This document shows positions 1 to 11,853 of a DNA stretch of 64,000 bases, piece after piece. Origin of the DNA: Gracilinanus agilis (Eukaryota); the NCBI RefSeq assembly GCF_016433145.1, contig NC_058134.1, forward strand, positions 216,036,257-216,100,256, in the 5' to 3' direction. Below the pieces are notes generated by a model that ran no database searches, was not told the DNA's origin, and saw nothing but the letters and a program-made list of their open reading frames with translations. Each line of letters starts with the position of its first letter. The stretch's first letter is position 1. Position numbers and translations under genes: made by a program.

Positions 1-40
<40 letters not shown>
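1..40. repeat. (TA)n microsatellite
   Basis: About 20 perfect AT units at the window start. Confidence 0.95.
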
Positions 41-44
<4 letters not shown>

Positions 45-498
45 GAAGGGGACTGCCCAATGTTTTTTTTGTGTAAAAAATCACCAAGTATTTGGTTTTC
101 TTTTGTTGTAAAAATTGTTGCCATTTCCCACCCCCCTTGTGTTGATGTATATACCCTTCATTTTATTGTGATTGTAAATTTATTTATGTTTATTATGATC
201 CATTGGGGAGACTGGACTCCCAAAGGATCACAGGGGGGAATATGCATTTTAAAATGGCTCTGAGTCCTGGGAGACTACATCTCTTTGTGGGAAGTGTCTG
301 AGGAAAGTATAAGAAGAAGAGAGAGTGAGAGTTTTGGTGCCTTTTTACCCCAGAGTGCCCTCCACCCCCACCCCACCCCCCTGAGGATGGAGGAGTACTT
401 CTGGAGAGCCTAATTTCCCTAACCTTTCTTTACTTTTACTACCTAAATAAAACCTAGTTAAATACCCCCAGAAACTAGCCTGACTTTTTTCAACCTCA
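41..498 (+). mobile_element. Probable ERV LTR (partial or solo)
   Basis: TATAAG at 308-313, AATAAA at 446-451 and a T-rich U5-like end in CA, i.e. an LTR-like layout. Boundaries approximate; no TSD confirmed. Confidence 0.4.
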
Positions 499-1675
499 AG
501 ATACTAGCCTACCCTCCAAAGGGCTCAATTTCCCACCAGGGCTGGGGGCTTCCCCAACTACCTTCATTCCCTTCCTCTGGCTTCCCTACTTTCTATTCCC
601 TTCCTTTCTCCCATCCTTCTTGCTTCCTTCTTTCAACCAAACAGGGTCAAACTAAGAGCTGGGCTTACTGAGAAAGGACTTTAATACAATGGGAAAAGCT
701 ACTAAGACAAATAAGTGTACTCAACATTTGACTATGTCTACCAGTCCCACCCAAACTGGGGTCACCAAACAATTCAAGGTCTATTGTTCAGTCTGAAACA
801 GGTGTGCCTGGTATTTCCTTCAGGGTGAGTTCTCAAGGGGCAGGGGCAAATTTGAAACTGGCAGAAGACCCTGTTGACAGATCAATGCTGTGAATTGGTT
901 CTAAGTCAGAAGAGTGGCGAGGGCTAGGCAATGAGAGTTAAACGGCTTGCTCGTGGTCACACAGCTAGGAAGTGTCTGAGGCCATAGGACCTCCAGTCTC
1001 CAGTTCTGGTTAAGCTACCCTGCTTGTCCCTACTAGTTTCTTTCTATGACTGTATTTTCCCACTAGAATATAAGCTCCTTGAGGTAGGAACTGTCTTTTT
1101 TTGCTTGCCTTTTTGTCATAGCACAGTAGCTGGCATATATTAAGAGCTTAATAAATGCTTTATCTAATAAATTCAACTTTCTGCCACATGGCAACCCTTT
1201 GAAGACTTGATTACAGCTATCATGTTCCTCCCAATTCTTTCTCTAAGATAAACATCCACAGTTCTTTCATTTATGCCCTTCTCTTGAGGCTGCCTAGCCT
1301 AGGTATGTCCTTCCTGTGTGACTGAGACTGTCTGCTTCAGTTTTCTCAACTGGAAAATGGGGATAATAATATCTGCTTCCCAGGGCTGTTGTGAGGATCA
1401 AATAAGATAGCATCCAAAAAGTAGTCTGCAAATCTGAAAAACCCTCTAGAAAACTTAGTCTTGCTATCATTAGTCCTAAACAATGGTGCCCAGAATTGAA
1501 TATGGCAGAGGCCATTCCAGATGGGCAGGGCAGACAAAGGGGCAGCAGCACCATCACTGCCTGCCTCTTTCCTGACACTCGACCAAAAATCTAGCCCTAA
1601 GGTAAAAGTGATGCCCAGCAAGGGTCACGGGTCAAGTGTTTCAAGCCCCAAGGAGGCTAGAGTATTGGGACTGCA

Positions 1676-2020
1676 GGAGAAGGGAAGGAGAATGGGGGGA
1701 AAGGGTGGAAAGGGGTGAAGAGGAAGGAAAAGAGGAGGAAGGGAAGGAGGGAGGCGAAAAAGAAGAGGAAGAGTAGGGAGGGGTGAGATAAGAGAGGTGG
1801 GGATGATGGAGGAGGGAACGAGGAAGGAAGGTCCAGGGAGAGAGAACTGAGACAGGGAAGAGTGAGATAAAAGAGGAGGGAGGGTAGGAGGAGGAGAGGG
1901 GAAAGAGGGATGAAAGGGAAAGGAGGAGGAAGAGAAGACTAAAGATGGGGAGAAGGGGAAGAAGAGGGAGGGAAGAGGAGAAGGGAGGGTGGAAGAGGAG
2001 GAGGAAGAGAGATGGAGGAG
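1676..2020 (+). repeat. Polypurine (GA-rich) low-complexity tract
   Basis: About 345 bp that are almost all G/A, with GGA/GAA/GGGA units, directly upstream of the CpG island. Confidence 0.9.
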
Positions 2021-2029
2021 GGGCGGATA

Positions 2030-2450
2030 GCCCCGAGCTTCCTTTTTCCCTCCTCCCACATCCTCTTCGCCACGCTGACGCTGACGTCTCACGCGCGTGT
2101 CCGCTGCTGCCGGCGCGCCGGGACGTGCGTGCGTCGACGTGACGTTCTTTGTCACAAGGTGCAGGCTAGGGAGGGCGGGGCCAAGGGGCGGGGCCCGAGG
2201 CCGCCCGAGCGAAGGGGAGAGGGTGTTTCCCGAGCACGCGCCTCCGGGCCAGGGCCGGTGACGTCGAGCACGAGAACGCGCGCGCGTCCCCGGTGCTCGC
2301 TCCCTGCTCCTGCTCCTCCTCCTCTCCCACTCCCCCCAGACTGTGCTGAGGTCGGGGCCGGGTCCCGCGGCGGAGGTGAGTGTGGGGGACGCGGGCAGCG
2401 GGCCGCGGCGGAAGGGGAGCCCCCTCCAGCCTTCTGCGCCCCCCAAACCC
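2030..2450 (+). promoter_or_regulatory. JOSD1: JOSD1 CpG-island promoter with CRE/ATF-like sites and GC boxes
   Basis: Dense CpG. TGACGTC at 2082-2088 and 2259-2265, TGACGT at 2140-2145. GGGCGGGG at 2173-2180 and GGGGCGGGGC at 2185-2194. Confidence 0.8.
2270..2375 (+). other. JOSD1: Putative non-coding first exon of JOSD1 (start approximate)
   Basis: Near-consensus donor GAG|GTGAGT at 2375/2376 inside the CpG island. TSS not determinable from sequence. Confidence 0.55.
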
Positions 2451-2469
2451 ATCTAGAGGGGACGGGAGG

Positions 2470-3120
2470 CTTCGGAGAGGAGGGGGCTCAAGATGAGGGG
2501 ATCCCTTCTTATAAATCTCTTGGGGGACTGAGGAACGAAAGGATCCCCCCTCGAAGGCCCATGGGGGCCAGAGTACGACAGAATCCCCTGTCTGTGGGCT
2601 CTTGAGGGGTCAAGGATGAGGGGATCTTCCTCTGTGGCTCGTGGGGGCTGAGGTCGAACAGACCTCCCTCTGTGGGCTCATAGATGGCTCAGGACAAGAG
2701 GTTCTCCCTCTTTGGGTTCTTGGGGATAACGAAGATGTTGAGATTCCCCTTTGGGGCTGAAGACGACGAAGGAGTCCCCACCCTGTGGGCTTATGGACCG
2801 GATGAGAGGATCCCCTCAGTGGGTCTTGGGGAACCGAGGGCGAAAGGACTTCCACTCTGTGGGCTTGTGGGATTGCTGAGGATTGAGGGGATACCTTCTG
2901 AAAGCTCACAGGGGGCTCAGGATGAGAAGATCTCTCTATGAGGACTCAGTCTCTAAGGGCTGGGAGAGGAATTGAGGAATGAGGGGATCCCCCTTTGGGG
3001 GCCCATAGGGGCTGAGGACAGGGGGAATCTCCCCCTTCTAAGGCTCTTGGGAGGCTGAAGATGATGGAATCCCTCCTTAGAAGAGCTCTGTTGCAGGGTT
3101 GAGGACTAGGGAGTCCTCTC
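2470..3120. repeat. Degenerate ~40-bp minisatellite, about 16 units
   Basis: Recurring unit approximately GGGGCTGAGGATGAGGGGATCCCCCTCTGTGGGCTCTTG; recognisable unit starts near 2487, 2527, 2567, 2608, 2645 and 2686. Confidence 0.7.
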
Positions 3121-4296
3121 AGTCTGTCGTCGTCCCCCCACCCCCCAGGTTCCTTTGGAGGGATTTATGTATTCTGTGGGATTTCCTTCCCCCTTCTAAA
3201 TTGTGCACCCCCTACGTGTAGCTGAGTTATTTAGGAGATCCTGAAAAGAAAGGGATTCCTGCCCCCCCCCCCAACTCCCCTTTGGCAGCTTTATGCTCTT
3301 TGAGGGGTGGAGGCTAAAATGCCTTCTCCCCTTGGGTATCATCCTCATGGCAGGGGCCCTGAACCTTGGAGTGAGAATGATTTCTTCCCTCTCCACCTGG
3401 TCCCCATCCCCCGGTAACCGCCTGCTTTACCGAAGGGATCCCTGACCTGGGGATTTCTCCTGCCAATCCTGGGATCTCCCTGCCCAAAACCTTGCCCTAG
3501 GGGCAGGGCGTGGGGTTTGCCCCAGCAATCCTGTTAGTTCTTCCTGCTCTCCTACTTCCCTGTTGGGCTTTGTCCCTAGCCCCCATCCCCCTTTCCATCT
3601 CTGACCCTGGCTTCTGATCTGTGCTTGGCTTCTGGTCTGTTTGTCTGGCCCTGTTTGCTGGCTTCTGGTCATTTGCAAGCAACTTGTTGTCAGGGATGCT
3701 GATTGGAGTTCCTCTCTTCTGCAGGGCCCTAGGAGGAGCCCCAAGGAAGGCATCTCGGTCTCTCCTGGCTGCCTATGCGGCGCTGCCCTCTTCCACCTTG
3801 GCATGTGTTGGGCGGCATCTTGCAGCTCCCAAAGGGATGGAGCCCTGCCCCCAAAGGCAAGGGTGCGGTCCCTGAGGCCTTGGGCCACCACCTGCTAGCC
3901 TGACCTTGCTCCCTTTCTCATTCACTGAGGGAGATGGAAGAAAAAGAGAGATGTGATCCAGCCCCCTTGGCTGCCTTCAATTGAAGTTCACTTGTTCTCT
4001 AAGGCAAGGAAGAAGACAATGGTCCTGGGTTCTGGACATTTTTTTGGTATCCAGCACTTTAGCTGTAGAGATAATGGCAAAATAAACTGAGGCATAAAGA
4101 CTTATTTTTCTACTGCAAATAGGGTTTTGGAGGGTTTTGTTACTGCTGCTGTTTCAACCTCTTCTCCGAGGGAAATCATGGCCCTTAGAGACTGAGGTGA
4201 ACCCACCAATTCCAGAAAGATCCAGGAGGCTACGTTCTTCCTTGGAGGGGAAAGGTAGGGAGCTTCAGAGGCCACCTCCTTCTGGAAAACAAAAAC

Positions 4297-4481
4297 ATGA
4301 GTTGCATGCCATGGAGAGGTGACAAGACCAAATCAGAATCATTAGAACTACCCCAGCCAGCGCCCTCCCAAATCTACCATGAAAAGCAGCGCCGTGAGCT
4401 GTGTGCCCTCCATGCACTCAACAATGTCTTCCAGGACAGCAATGCCTTCACCCGGGAAACACTACAGGAGATTTTCCAGAG
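4297..4481 (+). CDS. JOSD1: Josephin domain-containing deubiquitinase 1, coding exon 1
   Basis: [46 protein letters not shown]..., including catalytic Cys36. 185 nt, donor AG|GTAGGA at 4482, phase 2. Confidence 0.97.
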
Positions 4482-7400
4482 GTAGGAGGATTACTTTCTC
4501 ACCTGGGGTTCTTGTCACCTGGATGCTTGGGATTTCTAGTTTTCCTAGGGGAGGGAAAGGAGTGAAGATGTTTCAAATTTCCTTAAGCACATATACACCC
4601 CTAAAAATGACCCTCCCTGTCAGAAGACTAAAAGCTGCCCTGCCTGAGGACCAGAGCTCTGCCCTTTGAGTTCCTGTCTTTGGGTGTTTTCAGAGGTCAT
4701 GAGGATTATTTCGGCAGTTTTTGGATGAACCCCAAGTAACTCTGTCTGTGAGCCTATTAAAGCTTTTCAATTAGAAGGAGCTGGGCCTGCTTGGGAAGCT
4801 TAGGGACCCTCTGGGGTGATGGCCTCACACAGAAAGGGGATGCTTTGAGACCTCCCTAGTTCATTCCTTCTGAATTAGAAATGCTGCCTCATGGGGCTGA
4901 ACTCCAGCTAGGAAGAAGCACCTTCTTTCCAAGCACCATCACCTTTCTCCTAAAAAGCGGTTGCTCTCCATGGGCCAACTACATTTTAATGGGCATAATT
5001 ATTGTCTAATGTCAACAGTAACTTTATTTGTAGACTACATTGGCAGAGATCTCATTAGCCTGCATCATGGCCATTGGCAGGAGACGAGCAGAATTCCCTC
5101 CATTCAGGAGGTAAAATAACTCGCCCCATGATCACATCACAATATATGGAGGAGGAGAGAGTAGGAACTGTTCTGCTCTTGGTCCATGAAGCTGGCCAGT
5201 GTTACTGAGCACTTCCTGGTCCAAGTTATTTTGTCAGTAGATACCCCTGGAGGAGGAGAAAATAGATTAGCAGCTGCCTTTCCCATGGAGCTTTTTATTT
5301 GGCCCTGGGGAGTGACTGAAAGATTGGTTCTTTACCTCCAGCTATTAAGGACCTGACAGCAGGTGCCTCCAAAGTGGGAAGGAGGCTGTCCTGGCTGTCT
5401 GGCCAAGGTGTGTGGGAGAAACCATAGGCCCATTTCCTGTGACTGGAAGAAGAGGCAGGGAAGTGTGAGGGACTCCAGAGTGCATAAGAAAGACATCCCC
5501 TTGGAGGGACACTAGATGATGATGAGAGCAGACTCGTGTGAACAAGGTGGGATGCTTTGGGCTTTGTGGCCAGTTGGATGGAGCCTGCTTAAGTTGGACC
5601 TTTAAGAAGGGTGGAACATTTCTTACATCCAGAACCCAGTGTGGTCTGGGGTTGCGGGCACAGAAAGTGGAGCATTCAGTGTCTGAAGGGGAAGGAGGCT
5701 GAAACGAGGCTGGGGCCAGACTGTGGGGGGCAAAGGAGAGGTAGGCAGGGGAACCACGAAAGGTTGCTGAGCTTCCTAGGGACTGTTGGCATTCGAACCA
5801 GAGGTTGAAAAGACCCCAATAAAGGATGATAGGAGAGGAGCTGTGCTGGTGAAATGTTTCTGAAATCATCTGCCTGGGAAGGGAGAGTTGGAGGGCACTG
5901 ACCCCATCAATCATCGACGCTAACCCCTTCATTTTTATGGAGGAGGAAACTAGGACCCAGCAGGGGAGGGGCTTGGAAAAGAAGAGAAATCTGGAGCTGC
6001 AAGGGAGTGCAAAGACTAGGCCAACCCCCTGAGTGTGAAGAGGAGGAAACTGAGGAGAAGAGTTCCAGTGACAGGCCAGCGAGCCTCAGAGGAGGCATCC
6101 AGGCCAACCCCCTCCTTTTACAAGGGCAGAGACTAGGACCCAGAGAGCTGAGGGACTGACTCCCAAATGTAAGTGTCTTCCAGGCTTCTCTTCAACCTTT
6201 CAGGAGTAGCAGCATTATGAGAGTCTCTTTAGTTTCAAGCTAGCAGAATGTTCTTCACAAGTAGGGGATGGAAGCTTCCTTGATGGGGGCCTTGTGATGT
6301 GTTTGGTGACAGCAGGATACTTCCTAGAGGCTAAGCAGGGCAGACAAGTTCTCAGGCTTGTCACACTGACTGGAAGGACTCAGCAGACCCTCTGGCCTGT
6401 CAGCCTGAGGGCAGCTGTCCTGGGGGGGGGGGGGGGGGAATTGCCCAGTGCCCCTCTCCTGGAGTGCTTACCAGGGGTTTTCTCTAGCAATAGAGGGCAC
6501 CTCTTAGAATTGATTCCTGGGCCCCCCAGGCTGTTTGGAGAAGGGACTCCACACCATCCCTAGGACCTGGCTTGGGGCTGAGCCTAGGTGAGGCAGTCCT
6601 GTAGGGTTTGAGGTACTGAGCACAGTGCCATACTACCGGATGCTTTTGTCCAGGAATGAGATTGAGGATGCTTCCAGCTGGGCTTGATGAGTCACAAAGC
6701 ACTCCCTTTGTGGCAAGCCCTGACCTAAGGGCTGTAGGGACAGCAGCAGAAGACGGCGTCCCAGCCCCTGCGGAGCTCTTAATTAGTTGAGCAGATGAAT
6801 CTTACCTGCAGGAAACATGCAAGGTAGGATATAATTAAGTGTTAGGCTGGGAGTGCAGAAAGAACTCGGGGAAAGGGCTGAGGGACTGGCTCCCAGGTGT
6901 AAGTGCCTTCTAGACCTCTCTTCTTTAGCCCTTCGGGGTTAGCAGCATCGTGGGGGTCTCCTTAGTTACAGGTCTAATCTTGGCACTCTTGGGGAAAGCT
7001 TTTTGGAGGAGATGAAGATTTAGGTAAATCTGGAAGGAAGTTCAGGACTTGGACAGGTAAGGAGAGCATTCTAGGAACTAGGAAGGGAGCTTGAGGGACA
7101 GGGGCAGGAATGAGCCTCGTGTTTATTGAGAGAAATATGGAGGCCAGTTGTCTGCAGATGAGGAAGGCCTGTGAGATCAGGTTCCAAAGGTAACTGGGAG
7201 CTCATGACATCCCCTAAAACCCCAGCCTTCTCATTGGACTGCCCAGTGAAAGGCAGTTTAGTGTGCCCAGGAAGGCCTGTCACATCTGGCCTTGACCTGA
7301 CCACAGCTCCATCAGGCTACTCAAAGAAAGGAACCAGTGCCCACGCCAAGCTCCTGCTTCCAAGCCTAGAGGATAATTAAAAGGGCCTCACCATCCAGCA

Positions 7401-7933
7401 ACCTGCCCCTTTTGTTGCCTTGGCTTTCCATCTCCTGCCCTGTGTGTGCTCTTCATTCCATGGCCATTCTCACATCAGCTTTATCTCCCTTAAGGAAGCT
7501 AGCTCAGGCGATGGCTCCATCCTTGTCAATCACTTGATAGATCAATTGTTCCCTCAGCCTCCATGATCCTTCTCACATGACCTTTTATCTGTTTATTTGG
7601 AGACCTGTGGTCTTCACTAGCAGGGCAGAGACTTTCTCTTATTGTCTGTGAACTCCCAATTCCCCATCACACTGACCTGCACATAGTAGGTACTTAATTT
7701 ATTTGAGTTCAATTAAAGATGTTTGGAAGATTCCTCTGGAGGCAGTGTGCAGAGGATGGCCTTAGGAGGCTGTTCCAGTGTAGTAAGAGCCCCCCTTGTC
7801 GAGGAAGAGCCCATGGTCATCATGTAGGGAGGACAAAAAGAAGAAGAATCAAATAACCAGAATTGGGGAATCTGGGGGGTGCTGAGAACAGAGACATGCA
7901 ATAGGTAGACTGACTTTGTATATAACCAAAGTT

Positions 7934-8138
7934 GTTTTTTTTAAAAACCCTTACCTTCCATCTTAGAATCAATACCTTGTATTTGTTCTAAGTCAGAAGA
8001 GCAGCAAGGGCTAGGCATTTGGGGTTAAGGAACTTGCCCAGGGTCACCCAGCTAGGAAATATCTATGATCAGATTAGAATCCAGAACCTCCTGTCTCTAG
8101 ATGTGGCTCTCAATCCACTGAGTCACCTAGCTGATCCC
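7934..8138 (-). mobile_element. Marsupial tRNA-derived CORE-SINE
   Basis: Reverse complement of the SINE head, core (GTGACCCTGGGCAAGT) and tail. Boundaries approximate. Confidence 0.85.
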
Positions 8139-8819
8139 TAGCCAAAGTGTTCCAAAAACTTAACTATCAAGGTTTGAGGTATCTGATTGATCTGCTGTGA
8201 ACCACTGGAGTTCAAGAAGGGGAGGGTCAAGGTTAGTACTTTAGGTGGCCACTTTTGCCTGGAGGGTAAATGGGAGTGAGGAAAGACTTGAGGCAGGAAT
8301 GCTGGTCCTGAAGTGCAGGCATAAGGTGAGGAGGAGAAGTATAAGGCCCTTAGGGAATTTAGAGCCCCATTTTTAGATGGGAGAGTGGAGGTCAGGAGGT
8401 GAAACAAAACACAGAGAGGGAAAGAATTTCATTTGGGAGACCAGGCCCACAGAGCAGAGCCTCATACAAGGGAGCTAGGAAGGCAGGCAGTTGAGAGCCC
8501 AGTGGTAGACTTTGAATGACATGCCAGAGTTGGGTTTTGCTATCCATCTGTCTTTAGGCTTTTTGTACAAAGAATGTACCTTCCATTTAGACCCAGAGCC
8601 TTAGGCTCATTGGTAAGGGAGAGGGAGTTACTACTAACAGAGAAACATCCAAGCTAGTGGATTGCAAGAAGAGCAGGGAATGGAGGTTGGGCTGTAGCAT
8701 CCCTCCCTCCTAAGGAGAGAGAACAACATGGCAGCTCCATCAAGAGCAAGGTCCCAGTCTGCCACCTCTAGACAAGACAAGCCCTTTTGTTGGCAGTGAG
8801 GAGAACTCTAGAAAGTTTT

Positions 8820-9650
8820 TTTAATTAATTAATTGATTGATTTTTTTTGCGGGTTTCATTTAATAATGAATTTTCCCATAAGTTTTCCAAAGTTATATGA
8901 TTCATATTCTCTTTCTCCCATCTTCCCTTCCCCTCCCAGAGCTGGCAAAACAATTCACTTTGTATTATCACACAATATATATTCCCATATTATTGATTTT
9001 CATAAGTGAATAATCTTATAAAACAAAAACCCCAAAACAAAGAAGTGAAAAATCATCTGCTTTCTTCTGTTTTTCAACTCCAATGGTTCTTTCTCTGGAG
9101 GTGAATAGCATTCGTTGTCATAAGTTCCTCAGAATTGTCCTGGATCATTGTATTGCTGAGAGTAGCAAAGTCTATCACAGTTGATCATTCCATACTATTG
9201 CCGTTACTGTGTACACATTCTCCTGGTTCTGCTCATTTCACTCTGTATCAGTTCATATAGGTCTTTCTGGAATCATCCTGCTCATTATTCCTTAGAGCAC
9301 AACAGTATTCTTTCACCATCATATACTAGTTTGTTCAGTCATTCCCCAATTAAGGGATGTCCCTTTAGTTTCCAATTCTTTACCACCACAAAAAGAGCAG
9401 CTATAGGGGCAGCTGGGTAGCTCAGTGGATTGAGAGCCAGGCCTAGAGACGGGAGGTCCTGGGTTCAAATCCGGCCTCAGACACTTCCCAGATGTGTGAC
9501 CCTGGGCAAGTCACTTGACCCCCATCGCCCACCCTTACCACTCTTCCACCAAGGAGCTTATACACAGAAGTTAAGGGCTTAAAATAAATAAATTAATAAA
9601 TAAAAAGAGCAGCTATGAATATTTTTGACAGGCAAGTAAGTCCTTTCCCG
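8820..9650 (-). mobile_element. L1 3'-end fragment, interrupted by a SINE
   Basis: Matches the reverse complement of the L1 ORF2 C-terminus and 3'UTR seen elsewhere in the window (compare 61300-61900); T-rich tail near 8820-8850. Confidence 0.75.
9405..9601 (+). mobile_element. Young SINE (SINE1_Mdo-like) with 15-bp TSD
   Basis: GGGGCAGCTGGGTAGCTCAGTGG head, B-box GGTTCAAATCC, A-rich tail. TSD AAAAAGAGCAGCTAT at 9390-9404 and 9602-9616. Confidence 0.95.
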
Positions 9651-10762
9651 TTTTCTGGAAAGTTTTGAATAAGGGAGTAACACAAACACCTAGTAAAAAT
9701 ATCAGTGTTTGGTATGTAGATGGCAGTGTAGTGGAAAAAAAGGACAAGGATGATTTAACCCAATACATTTCTAATTTTTTATTAAATCACCTAAACTTGA
9801 GAGACCCACAATTTTATCAGCGAGGTAGAAGGCAGATATCTTATATATCTTAGCACTTTTGTGTGGTGCATGGTACAGCTTTTTAGTGATCAACCTTATG
9901 GAAAAGGGCCTTTCCAAAGTTAGCTATCATAGCCTCATGTGGAGGCCAGGTATGGTGGCATGATGAACAGTCAATTGTGATGAGGCCCACACTTGGAGCT
10001 TTTTCAGCTCAGGGTACTTACCTAGCATGGCCTTTTAAAATCCAGGGTCCCCAATATTGAAGGACAAGAAGATAACTTACCATAGACAACCCAAACAGTT
10101 AAAATATGTGGAATCACAAGAGCAATTCAAAGTGCTGATGTAGACACCCACTCCAATGAATCTTATCCCTTGGGTGGGGTTGGGGTGGCGGAGTGGTGTC
10201 TGGCAGACCATCCTGGCAGGGGATTCTCTATGGCAAAAGAGCCCTTTATGGTCGGTATAATCTCCAGACTGATACTTAAAGGTACTACACTTGATCTTAC
10301 AGGCCAAGAAGTGATAGACTGATACTAAAGAGAGAGCCCACACCAGAAAACTAGCTTTCTTATGGGATTTAGCTAAATTGCTCTTTGAAGCAGAGTCCAA
10401 TGATGAAGAGTAATAATGTTCAGGAAACAAGTGTAGGGTTGAGTAAGGTTGAACATCCTCTTTAATATTCAGGGTGGCATTGGGCAAGAAGACACATAAT
10501 GTGGCAAGGGGGCTAGATTGGGCATCAGGAGAGTGTGTTTGCGTCTGGGCTTTGCTCCTCAAAAGCTTTATGAGCACAGACAGGGCTGGTCCCCTCTCTG
10601 CCCTTCAGTTTGGTTACCTGTAAAATGGGAATGCCTATACTCTGGATGGACCTAGATAGTCACGTGTTTGAACCCTCTGTTAACTGTCACTTGGGCACAC
10701 CTGGGAGGGACCCATTAACCCTATCAGATCCTAAGAGTGAGTCCATCTTCCTCTGTTTGCAG

Positions 10763-10891
10763 ACTGTCTCCAAACACCATGGTGACACCCCACAAGAAGA
10801 GCATGCTGGGAAATGGGAACTACGATGTGAATGTCATCATGGCGGCCCTTCAGACCAAGGGCTATGAAGCAGTTTGGTGGGACAAGCGAAG
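10763..10891 (+). CDS. JOSD1: JOSD1 coding exon 2
   Basis: Acceptor TTTGCAG|, [42 protein letters not shown], donor AG|GTAACG. 129 nt, frame continuous. Confidence 0.97.
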
Positions 10892-11070
10892 GTAACGGAG
10901 ACCAGCCCTGGCTGGCTGCAGCCTGACACTGTGTATTTACAGCTTGGTCCCTCTTAAGCCTTAGGACTGATGGCATGAGTGGGAGGTGGATGATTATGGC
11001 CATTGAAGTCCAGTAAGCTTGGGGAACAGATGGACTGTTTCCAAGCTTTGCTTCATTTCTTTTTCCTCAG

Positions 11071-11265
11071 GGATGTCAGTGTCATTGCCCTCTCTAATGT
11101 CATGGGCTTCATCATGAATCTCCCCTCTAGCCTCTGCTGGGGTCCATTGAAGCTTCCACTCAAAAGGCAGCATTGGATCTGTGTCCGAGAGGTGGGGGGC
11201 ACCTACTACAACCTTGACTCCAAGCTCAAGATGCCCGAGTGGATTGGAGGCGAGAGCGAGCTCAG
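11071..11265 (+). CDS. JOSD1: JOSD1 coding exon 3 (His139, Asp154)
   Basis: Acceptor TTTTCCTCAG|, [64 protein letters not shown], donor AG|GTGGGC. 195 nt. Confidence 0.97.
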
Positions 11266-11853
11266 GTGGGCCTTCAGCTTCTTCTGTTGTTGAAGCAGGC
11301 CAGTTCTGTAGGTTTGAAGGAGAAACTGGTTTCATTTTTGTTGGGGGGGTCGCGGGGGGGTGGGACAGGACTGACCAAGAAAGGAGAGGGACAGAGTTTC
11401 CATGGCTGCCTTTATTTCACTTTCCCCCCTATGCTTTCCATAAGACCATAGAAATAACTTTTAACCCCCTAAACCTTTACTTTCTGTCAGTAACAACTCA
11501 AGACAGAAAGGCAAAGGTTAGGCAAACAAGGTTAAATGACTTGCCTAGAGTTACATAGCTAGGAAGTGCATTTGAACCCAGGACTTCCTATCTCCAGGCC
11601 TGACGCTTCATCTGCTGGGCCACCTAGCTGCCCACAGAAATAACTTTAAAAAATTAAAGTGGAAGCCTTTTCACTTTTTCATACTCGGCAGGCTGGATGT
11701 GAATTTTCATAATACAAATGTCTGCATAGGGCTGAGCATTTGGGGTTCCGGAAGGTACAACAAAGTCCATGTTTTAGGGAATGGGCTGCCTTAAGAGCTT
11801 GCCATCATTGCGGCCTTTCTCTTCTTTCTCATTAATTTGCCTTCTTGTCACAG

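Noticed and set aside
1-2030. GTPBP1, expected upstream of JOSD1 by human synteny
   Set aside because: No GTPBP1-like exon was recognisable in this stretch; it probably lies outside the window.
1625-2605. Long ORFs of 275 aa (-) and 197 aa (+) over the JOSD1 promoter
   Set aside because: They span a polypurine tract and a CpG island where stop codons are naturally rare; low-complexity products with no recognisable domain.
5345-5932. 195-aa minus-strand ORF in JOSD1 intron 2
   Set aside because: No recognisable homology or motif, no promoter or splice support; consistent with a chance ORF in GC-rich intron.
9960-10030. Two TGATGA (C-box-like) motifs suggesting a C/D snoRNA
   Set aside because: No properly placed CTGA D box or terminal stem found.
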